A stretch of DNA of 60,095 nucleotides, the filler included, from Basidiobolus meristosporus CBS 931.73 (lineage: Eukaryota; Fungi; Basidiobolomycota), in assembly GCA_002104905.1 (NCBI GenBank). It is 3 parts of 3 records of this genome, joined end to end, with 100 filler letters (N's around TTAATTAATTAA, not from the genome) between each part and the next. Parts side by side here need not be neighbours in the genome. Positions count along the whole stretch, not along the records: positions 48,079 to 60,095 come from MCFE01001259.1; 2 more parts are not named here. One strand, written 5' to 3'. This document shows, in pieces, positions 49,820-60,095 of this stretch. The position numbers and the translations under genes are program-made. Within the stretch, counting starts at the first letter, position 1. Every line of letters starts with the position of its first letter. A model generated the notes under the pieces. It was not told the DNA's origin. It worked only from the letters and a program-made list of their open reading frames with translations, and searched no databases.

Positions 49820-50540
49820 TGTTGTAGGAATTTTGGAGATATTGGAAGTGATTGGGTGATCAAGTAGATTTTGTAGTTTTCACTTGATCATTTCTTGAAT
49901 GTCAAAGTGGTATTTATACTTTGACATGGTCTTGGCAAAGCAAGCATGTAGAATAAGCTTGGGGCTCATATTCTGTGGGAAGGGCTTTGGAGACACTCAA
50001 AGTGACTGTGAGAATAAGTAAGATGTATGGTTTTCAATCAGTAATTTATTGAACATACAAGTAGTATATTTACTGTTATATACCCTTGACAAAACAAACA
50101 TGTACAAGTATTTAGGAAGGTCCCAAGAACAAGTGTGCAAAGCTTGGGCTGCTTAAACAACTTTGCAAATATTTATGTTCTTGGTGTCTGTTGCTCTGGT
50201 TAAAATATTCTAAGTAGATATTGGCAAGGAATTTGGTCAGAATTCTCTAAGATTTGCAAGTAGTGCTTCAAGTGACTACATTTGGTGCATATTAAGGTGG
50301 AATTACAAACTCTTATATTAATTCCACTCAACTCAATATTCATATTAAATAGACAAAATTATGCTCTGAGATATTCAAATTTGCCGCCAGCTGATAGGTA
50401 GGTGAGTGTTTGTGGAATTGTTTCATCTGTGGGACAGTAAACTAAGTTAAACATGCTATTCTCTATAGCATCCCAAATGGAATGATGTCTAATATCTGTG
50501 TGCATAATTCTAGCATGTAAAGCTGGATTTCTACCTGATT
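49820..50540 (-). mobile_element. Old copia LTR, PBS and RNase H remnants
   Basis: LTR-homologous blocks at 49820-49955 and about 49974-50322, PBS remnant at about 49957-49973, RNase H C-terminal remnant. Confidence 0.72.
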
Positions 50541-50773
50541 ATATAAACCTTTGCCCTATGAAAGGTAATTTGCTTCCATGGTTGGCTTTGATTGGGATCA
50601 GCCATCAGAATCCTGCAACAAGGCTGTTAAAATGCTGGCAGCTTGGAGTTATGGACCCTCTTCACAAACTTATGACAAGATCATAACAATGTCTTGCTGA
50701 TCCTACTGCTAAATAGATAGATAAACTTGCCAGTGTTTTAGCAGTCCACAGTTGTTATTTGCAAGGTATTCTG

Positions 50774-53700
50774 TGCTGTAAAAATCTGTAATTCCACCTG
50801 AATACTCACCTAACTTGGTCACTTAGATCATTACCTTCAAATCCTATAGAATACTGACCAAAATCCTTGTTGGGATTTACTTAGAATATTTTCATCAAAA
50901 CATCAGGTACTCAGAACATGAAAATTCTCAAAGTTGTCCAAACAGCCCCAAACTTTGCACACATGTTCTTGGGACCTTTCTAAACCTATTCTATGTGTTT
51001 GATATACCAAGAACATGTAAATGTATAAATACTACTTTTAGATTCAATTAATTATTAAGTGAAACCACATAACATACTTGTTCTTCCAATTGCTTCCAAT
51101 ATCTTTGAGACTCACAGCTTATGAGCCCCAAGCTGTCTCTATCTGCAATGCTTACTACTGCTATTACTGTAATTCTTCCCCTCTGCTGAAAAGTTGGATG
51201 GATCCAACTACCAAGTGTGGAAGGTCCAGATGAAGATGCCGCTACAAGAAAGAGGCCATTGGGATAATGTCATGGGAGAAGAGTGCCCTCCTAAAAGTAT
51301 GGGAGAGGAAGCCTTAAAGTACCAGATGAAAGAACAATGTGCTTTTAACTGCATTTGCCTTAATGTCAAGGACAAATTGCTAATTCAATGCTCAAGAGCA
51401 AAAGCAGCAAAGAATGCCTGGAAGGCACTAGATGACACCTACCAGTCATGTTCAGCTGCCAAGAAATATATCTTGGACAAAAACTCCTTACTACAAAGAT
51501 GCTGCTAGGAGAAGAAATGAAAAATCTAATTAACAGAATTACCCTGCTGGTAGATGAGATGAAATCTGTAGGCATACCAACTACTGATGAGGATGTGACA
51601 GTAATCATCCTGAATAGCCGGACAAACAAGTTTCAGGTCCTTGTATCAGCCCTAGAGCCCAGAACTGAAGATTAGACCTTAAATTAAGTATATGGAAGGC
51701 TTCTGGATGGAGAAATAAGAAAATCAAGTGCCAATAAGAAGCAAGAAGAAATGCTTTAATAAGCAATAATTACCATCAAAGAAGATACCCAAGACCTTTC
51801 AAAGGCAATGGTAGCCTGTTTTGCAACTACTGCAAGAGGAAAGAACACTCATCAGATTGGTGTTTGGAAATGAGAGATAGTCAGCAGAAAAAGCCTGAAT
51901 TTGGAAATGCTGCAACAAATGAAGATAGACTATTCATATCTGCACTAAATATGACCACAAACAAATATTCTCAGACATGGTACATTGACTCTGGAGCATC
52001 TCAACACCTTACAAACTAAAACAACTTTTTACCTAATATCAAGATACTCCAATTAAGAAGGTTTTCATGGGTTACAATTGAGCACTTAATGCAGTTTTGA
52101 CAATTTTGGATGCAGGATCACTGATCATAATGGTGCTCATATTGCTTCAGATATCAGAGATCAGAATTTGTTTAAGTTGACTTATATTCCATCATATCTG
52201 GAAGCCAATGTAAGTAACTTGAATGAATAAACACCAATGCTATGGCATAGTAGATCTGGCCACATCAATACTAATTATTTCCACCAAATGATGAAAGATC
52301 AGCTAATTTCCAGAGGAAAAATTGCTCCCCAGCTAATTTGGAGCACTATGAAGCCTGCATAGATGGGAAACAAGCCAGTCAACCATTCAAGAGCTCTGGG
52401 TTTGTCAAAACCAAGAAAAAACTAGATCTAACTCACTCATATCTGTGTGGACCTATGCAAAATTTATCCTTAATCAGGATGAAGTAGTTATTGACTTTTG
52501 TTGATGATTATGCACAATACATATGGGTCTACTTCATAGAGAGAAAGGAACAAGCTCAGTCTAAGTTCAGGGAGTTTGGAGCTATGATGGAGAGAGAAAC
52601 CGGTGAAAAAATTAACAAAATTTGCTGTGACAATGGTCAAGAATATACCTCAAAACTCTTCATCTACTTCTGCAAAATTCATGGGATAATGTAAGAGAAT
52701 TTTGTACCATACTCCCCACAGCAAAATGCAGTAGCAGATTGTGCAAACAGATCAATAATTGAGATGGCACAATCTATGATCCATGATCAAAATTTTTTCC
52801 TATGGTTTATGGGCAGAATTGGTGGCCGCAGCTGTACACCTTGAAAATAGGAGTTATAACAGAATACTTTGTGATTCTGCTCTATCTGAAGCATGGAATT
52901 GGTACAGACCAAGTGCAGAACTTCTAAGAATATTTGGGTGTACAGCATATGCCAAGAAACTGCCAAAAAATCAGTCAGAAATTGACCCAAAAAGTGTAAT
53001 ATGCATGTTTGTGGGCTACTGCAATGAGAGTAGAGCATACAAACTCTGGAATACCAAAGCAAAAATGCTGATCAAGTTCAGGGATGTGCTCTTTGATGAA
53101 AACTCAGAATTTCCACAAAAATGACAACAGATGAGGACAAAAATTCAATCTCAAGTCCACCAATTGTCAGGATTGAATCAGAGCAAAACAATGAGTTTCC
53201 TTTCACTCCTGAGGACTCTACAACCATGGCTTCACCTGTATCAGTGCCCATGTATATCCCAGAAGTGATCATTCTAGTACCAAATGCATGAATATCCTGT
53301 TGTAAAAATTTGTATTTCCACCTAACAACTCACCTAACTTTTTCACTTAGATCATTACCTTCAAGCCCTAGAGAATACTGACTAAATTCCTTGTTGGAAT
53401 TTAATTAGAATATTTTCACCAAATTAACAGGTACCTAGAACATGAAAATTCTCAAAGTTGCTCAAACAGCCCCAAACTTTGCTCACATATTCTTGGGACC
53501 TTTCTTAATCTATTCTACATGTTTGTTATGCCAAGACCATGTAAAAGTATAAATACTACATTTACATTCAATAAATCATTAAGTGAAATCCACATAATCT
53601 ACTTGTCCACCCAATCACTTCCTATATCTCCAAGACTCTTACAACATATAGAGCATATGTGCAAAGTCTGGGGTCTTTGGGCAGATCTGAGAATTCTTGT

Positions 53701-54909
53701 GTTATGATCTTATTATAGCCACCAATAACCTAGAAACATTGGAAGTGACTAAATCCAGCCTATCTAAGGAGTTCAAGATGTCCAATGTAGGAGAGCTCGG
53801 TTACTACTTAGGGATTAGGTCTTCCATAGACAGAAGTACCCAGACTATCACCCTAAGTCAACCCAAGTATATTCAAGATATACTAAAAAAGTACCAAATG
53901 GAAGACTGTAAACTGGCAGCTATCCCAATGGAGACAAACCTTGACTTGGTCAAAACTCAACCAAATCAAGAGAGCTTGGTGCCATCTGAAAGCCCTGACT
54001 TTCCTTATCAATTTATGGTTGGCAGTCTGATGTATATAATGCTTGGAACATGTCCTGATATCCCATTTTGCGTGGGAGTTGTCAGCCAATATAATCAGAA
54101 CTATGGATCTTAGCATATTGCTGCACTTAAGCGGATTTTTAGATACCTAAAAGGAACTGCTGATATCTGCTTATGATGCACTTATGAGGATTCAGAACAA
54201 GATCTTGTGGGATACTCCAATGCTGATTGGGGACAGAATTTAGAAGACAGAAGATCCACCATAGGATACATCTTTCTTTACTGTCAAAGAGCAATTTCAT
54301 GGAATTCAAGAAAGCAACCAACTGTGGCACTTTCTACCACAGAGGCAGAGTACATGTCAGCCTGTGAAGCTACAAAAGAAGCAATGTGGTTAAGAAAGCT
54401 GTTTACAGATTTAGGCCTATGTCAAAAAATGCCTATTACTTTATTTCAAGATAATCAAGGATGTATACAATTAGGTAGAAATCCAACTTTTCATGCTAGA
54501 ACAAAGCACATAGATATTAGACATCATTTCATACGTGAAGCTATAGAGTAATAGCTTAGCTAGCTTTGTTTACTGTCCTACAGATGAAATGATAGTAGAT
54601 GTATTTACCAAACCATTTGCTAGAGACAAGCTTGAATATCTTAGGTCAAAATTAGGACTAGTCAGTACAAACATTTAGCTGAGTGGGAGTGTAGTAAAAG
54701 TTTGTATTTCCAGCTATATATTCACCTAACTTAGTCACTTAGATCTTTACCTTCAAATCCTAGAGAATACTGACTATATTCCTTGTTGGGACTTACTTGG
54801 ATTATTTTCACCAAAATAACTGGTACTCAGAACATGAAAATTCTCAAAGCTGTCCAAACAGCCTCAAGCTTTGCACACATGTTCTTGGGACCTTCCTTAA
54901 CCTACTCTA
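50774..54909 (+). mobile_element. Degenerate copia copy or copies (5' LTR 50774-51116, gag, PR, INT, internal LTR 53298-53646, RT/RH, partial 3' LTR from 54690)
   Basis: Multiple ORF fragments matching the element A polyprotein with stops and deletions. Confidence 0.88.
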
Positions 54910-56443
54910 TGTTGCAAAAATTTGCATTTCCACCTAAATATCTACCTAACTTAGTCACTTAGATCATTACCTTCATATCCTAGAGAATACCAACCAAATT
55001 CCTTGTTGGGATTTACTTAAAATATTTTCACCAAAATGCCAGGTACCCAGAACATCAAAATTCTCAAAGTTGTCCAATCAGCCCCAAACTTTGCACACAT
55101 GTTCTTGGTACCTTCCTTAACCTATTCTACATGTTTGTTATGCCAAGACCAGGTAAAAGTATAAATACTACATTTACATTCAATAAATCATTAAGTGAAA
55201 ACCACATAATAGACTTGTTCTGTTGGATAGTGCCACATTGAACCATGAGTGCCAAATCATGCCATAGTGTGCAGGGAGGCCAAGCGTACCCATACTTGGC
55301 CACAGAGTGTGAAACATAGCTCTGCATCTTCATGCAAAGCCACCCCTGTGCTTCACCCATTGTGTTGGAGAAAATCCACTTTTTGATCTTTTTTTTTAGG
55401 TCAATGTTGTGCAGGATGTGTAAGACCACAGAAGAGCTGAACACATGCATCAGGTACTCAACACCCATGCCACTCTGAATCTAGCTCCTGTGGCTTGTAA
55501 CATGTCAGAAAAATGCATGGCACAGATAGTACCAGTGGACCAAGATAGTGCCATGCATTTTTCTGACATGTTACAAGCCACATGAGCTAGAGTCAGAGTG
55601 CCATGATTATTGAGTAGCTGATGCATGTCCTCAGATCTTCTGTACTCTTACACATCCTGCACAACATTCAACCTCAAAAAAATGTCAAAAAATGGATTTC
55701 CTCCAGCATCATAGGTGAAACACAGGGGCTGCTTTGCATGAAGATGTAGAGCTATGTTTCACACTCTGTGGCCAAGTATAGGCCCACTTGGCCTCTCTGG
55801 CACACTATGGCATCATTTGGCACTCATGGCTCAATGTGGCACTATCCAACAGAACAAGTCTAATCTACTTGTTCTCCCAATCACTTCCAATATCTCTAAG
55901 ACTCTTACAACAGGTTATGAGCCCCAAGCTGTCACTCTCTGCAATGTCTACTACTGCTATTACTGGAACTTTTCCCCCTGCTGAAAAGTTGGATGGATCT
56001 AACTACCAAGTGTGGAAGGTGAAGATGAAGATGCTGCAACAAGAAAGTGGCCTTTGGGATATTGTCATGGAAGAAGAATGCCCTTCTGAAAACGTGGGAG
56101 AGGAAGCCTTAAAGTACCAGAAGAAAGAACAAAGTGCTTTTAACTGCATTTGCCTTTATGTTAAGGACAAATTGCTAATTCAATGCTCAAGAGCAAAAAC
56201 AGCAAAGAATGCCTGGAAGGCATTAGAAGACACCTACCAGTCATGTTCAGCTGCCAAGAAAATGTATCTGAGACAAAAATTCTTTACTACAAAGATGTAG
56301 CCTGGAGAAGAAATGAAAAATCTAATTAACAGAATTACCCTGCTGGTAGATGAGATGGAATCTGTGGGTGTACCAACTACTGATGAGGATGTGATAGTAA
56401 CCATCCTGAATAGCCTGACAGACAAGTTTCAGGGCCTTGTATC
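54910..56443 (+). mobile_element. Copia element 'G': 5' LTR 54910-55912 (carrying the MITE), PBS 55913-55924, gag 5' part cut by element F
   Basis: LTR minus MITE and one TSD = 349 bp; GGTTATGAGCCC PBS; MSPKLSLSAMST gag start. Confidence 0.9.
55211..55861. mobile_element. 651-bp fold-back MITE with PHIS termini
   Basis: Arms 55211-55523 and 55548-55861 are imperfect reverse complements, 24-nt spacer; TSD AAT at 55208-55210 and 55862-55864; the empty site CACATAATCTAC is seen in other LTR copies. Confidence 0.94.
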
Positions 56444-59400
56444 TGTTGTAAGAGTCTTGGAGATATTGGAAGTGATTTGGAGAACAAGTAGACTATGTGG
56501 TTTTCACTTAATGATTTATTGAATGTAAAAGTAGTATTTATACTTTTACCTGGTCTTGGCATTACAAACACGTAGAATAGGTTAAGGGAGGTCCCAAGAA
56601 CATGTGTGCAAAGTTTGGGGCTGTTTGGACAACTTTGAGAATTTTCATGTTCTGGGTACCGGGTATTTTGGTGAAAATATTCTAAGTAAATCCCGAAAAG
56701 GAATTTGGTCAGTATTCTCTAGGATTTGAAGGTGATGATCTAAGTGACTAAGTTAGGTGAATGTTTAGGTGGAATTACAAATTTTTACAACACTCCCACT
56801 CAGCTTAATGTTCATACTGATTAGTCCTAATTTTGACCTAAGATATTCAAACTTGTCTCTAGCTAATGGTTTGGTAAATATGTCTGCAATCATTTCATCT
56901 GTAGGACAGTAAACTAAGCTAACTAAGTTATTCTCTATAGCTTCACGTATGAAATGATGTCTAATATCTATGTGCTTGGTTCTAGCATGAAAAGTTAGAT
57001 TTCTACCTAATTGTATACATCCTTGATTATCTTGAAATAAAGTAATAGGCGTTTTTTGACATAGGCCTAAATCTGTAAACAGCTTTCTTAGCCACATTGC
57101 TTCTTTTATAGCTTCACAGGCTGACATGTACTCTGCCTCTGTGGTGGAAAGTGCTACGGTTGGTTGCTTTCTTGAATTCCATGAAATTGCTCCTTTACAG
57201 TAAAGAAAGGTGTATCCTGTGGTGGATCTTCTGTCTGCTAAATTTTGTCCCCAATCAGCATCAGAGTATCCCACAAGATCCTGTTCTGAATCCTTATAAG
57301 TGTATCTTAAGCAGATATCAGCAGTTCCTTTTAGGTATCTAAAAATTTGCTTAACTGCTGCAATGTGATCAGATCCATAGTTCTGATTATGTTGGCTGAC
57401 AACTCCCACTGAATATGAGATATCCGGAAGTGTTCCAAGCATGATATACATCAGACTGCTGACCATAGATTGATAAGGAAAGTTAGGGCTTTCAGATGGC
57501 ACCAAGCTCTCTTGATTTGGTTGAGTTTTGACCAAGTTAAGGTTTGTCACCATTGGGGTAGCTGCCGGTTTACAGTCTTCCATTTTGTACTTCTTTAGTA
57601 TAACTTGAATATACTTGGATTGGCTTAGGGTAATAGTCTGGGTACTTCTGTCTGTGGAGAACTTAATCCCTAAGTAGTAACTAAGTTCTCCTAGATCGGA
57701 CATCTTGAACTCCTAAGATAGGCTGGATTTAGTCTCTTCCAATGTTTCTAGGTTATTGGCAGCTATAATAAGATCATCCACATATAGAGCTAATAGAACT
57801 GGATTTGCTCTATCTGGCTTATAGTATATACTATAGTCAGCATTACTCCTTTTGAAACTCAAAGATTCCAAATAAGAACCTATCTTGCAATTCCAGGCTC
57901 TTGGTGATTGTTTAAGACCATATAGTGACTTTTTAAGCTTGCAGACCAAATGGGGGTTATCTTGGTCAACAAACCCATCAGGCTGGTCCATATACATGTC
58001 CTCATCAAGTTCTCCATTCTAAAATGCTGTTGTAACATCCATTTGATGGATAAAAAACCTATATTTGGCTGCAATTGCCAATATTAATCTGATGGAATTA
58101 AACTTGGCTACCGGTGCAAAGGTCTCAGTATAGTCAAGTCCTTTTGTGTGAGAGTATCCTTTGGCTACAAGTCTTGCTTTGTATCTTTCAATTGTGCCAT
58201 CAGCCTTGTATTTTGTCTTGAAGACCCATCTGCATCCAATTGATTTTTGGTTGATTGGTAATTTGACTAAGTCCCAAGTTTGATTTTCCATCAGGGCCTG
58301 ATATTCCTCAGTCATTGCAGATCTCCAAAACTTTGTCTGAGGGCTATTTAGGGCCTCTTTTACAGTCTGGGGTTCATCAATATGGACTGAATAGGCATAG
58401 GCTAAGTTTGTACCCTCATTGATATAGTAATTTGGGCTATTTCTTGTCCAATTGGATCTCCGGGCATTTGATACTGGAATGATCAATTCTGGGATATTCC
58501 TGGGCACTGATTCTGGTTGAACCATGGTTGCAGAGTCCACTGGAGTGAAAAAATTTTGATTGTTTTGCTCTGATTCAATCCTGACAATTGGTGGACTTGA
58601 TATCAAATATTTGTCATCATGTGATGTCATTTTTTGTGAAAATATTGAATTTTCATCAAACAACACATCCCTGGACTTGATAAGCTTCTTTGCTTTGGTA
58701 TTGTAGAGTCTGTATGCCTCACTCTCATTGCAGTAGCCCAAAAATATGCATTTTACACTTTTTGGCTCAAATCTTGCCTGATTTCCGGCCAGTTTTTTGG
58801 CATATGTTGTACACCCAAATATTCTTAGATGTTCTGCACTTGGTCTGTATCCATACCATGCTTCAAATGGAGTAGAATCACAAAGTATTTTGTTATAACT
58901 CCTATTTTTAAGGTAGACAGCAGTAGCAACTGATTCCGCCCAAAAATCATAGGATAATTTTTGATTATGGATCATAGATCTTGCCATATCAATTATTGAT
59001 CTGTTAGCATGTTCTACTACTCTATTTTGCTGTGGGGAGTATGGTACAGTAGTCTCTTGCTTTATCCCATGAATTTTGCAGAAGTGGATGAAGAGTTTTG
59101 AGGTATATTCTCCATCATTGACAGAGCGTATTTTCTTGATTTTTTCACCAGTTTCTCTCTCCACCATGGCTTTAAGCTCCCTGAGCTTAGACAGAGCTTC
59201 TTGCTTTCTCTCCATGAAGTAGACCCATGTGTATCTTGTATAATCATCAATAAAAGTGATTAAATACTTCATCCCGCCTAAGGATAAATTTTGCATAGGT
59301 CCACACAGATCTGAGTGAATTAGATCTAATTTTTTCTTAGTTTTGATTAACTCAGAGCTCTTGAACGGTTGTCTGGCTTGTTTCCCATATATGCACGCTT

Positions 59401-60095
59401 CACAGTGCTCCAAATTAGCTGGGGGATCAATTTTCACTCCAGAAATTAGCTGATCTTTGATCATTTTACGCAAATAATCAAAATTGATGTGTCCAAATCT
59501 CCTGTGCCAAAGCATTGGTGTTTCTGCATTTAAGTTATTTATATTGGCTTCCAGATATGATGGAATATAAGTCAACTTGTATAGATTCTGATCTCTGATG
59601 GCCAAAGCAATATGGGCACCATTTTGATCAGTGATCCTGCATCCAGAATTGTCAAAACTGAACCTGAGCCCTTCTGCTGTGGCCTTGCTTACAGAGAGTA
59701 GGTTCTTGGCTATTTCTGGTGCATAGAGTACTTCTTTGAAGGTCAGTGTATGGCTTCCTTCACTGCTTCTAAGGTTTACTTGGATAGTTCCTTCTCCCAC
59801 TGCATCAAGTGTTCTATTGTCACCCATGAAAACCTTCTTAATTGGAATTTCTTGATATTGGGTAAAAAGTTCTTTTTGGTGTGTAAAGTGTTGAGACGCT
59901 CCAGAGTCAATATACCACATCTGAGAATCCTTGTTTGTGGTCATATTTAGTGCAGATATGAATAGTCTATCTTCAATTGTTGCAGCATTTCCATATTCAG
60001 GCTTCTTTTGCTGATAATCTCTCTTTTTGAAACACCGGTCTGATGTGTGTCCTTTCCTTTTGCAGTAGTTGCAAAATAGGTTGCTGTTGCCTTTG
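56444..60095 (-). mobile_element. Young copia element 'F' (3' LTR 56444-56792, pol running off the window end) with two nonsense codons
   Basis: ORFs 56765-57703, 57713-57997 and 58019-59944 are one frame broken by TAG at 57713 (AAG in A) and at 58019 (TTG in A); the terminal stop is also lost (TAG to AAG). Confidence 0.93.

Overview
Eukaryotic, almost certainly fungal DNA (probably an early-diverging lineage; inferred from a NPR/HAL-type kinase, a CutA gene, 61-75 nt GT-AG introns and a PBS matching fungal tRNA-iMet). Two identical artificial 100-bp linkers (N44-TTAATTAATTAA-N44 at 26363-26462 and 47979-48078) join three sequences, so adjacency across them is not evidence of linkage. About 85% of the window is transposon-derived. 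1-17431 is a nested stack of one Ty1/copia family (349-350 bp LTRs, half-tRNA-iMet type PBS), up to six elements deep; three insertions have both 5-bp TSD copies visible. The youngest is a 3.3-kb non-autonomous element with identical LTRs that interrupts an otherwise intact 1323-aa gag-pol ORF. 18.5-25.7 kb is a CpG-rich gene island: an intron-containing P-type ATPase with non-canonical catalytic and ion-site motifs, a lysine methyltransferase, CutA and a frameshifted NPR/HAL kinase. The middle piece holds a complete two-ORF PHIS (PIF/Harbinger-ISL2EU) DNA transposon with AWT target duplications, decayed Tnp2 (CACTA-like) transposases and Ty3/gypsy fragments. The last piece is again nested copia and contains a 651-bp fold-back MITE that shares the PHIS termini. 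Older repeat copies show strong CpG-to-TpG/CpA decay. All alignments and counts were done by eye.
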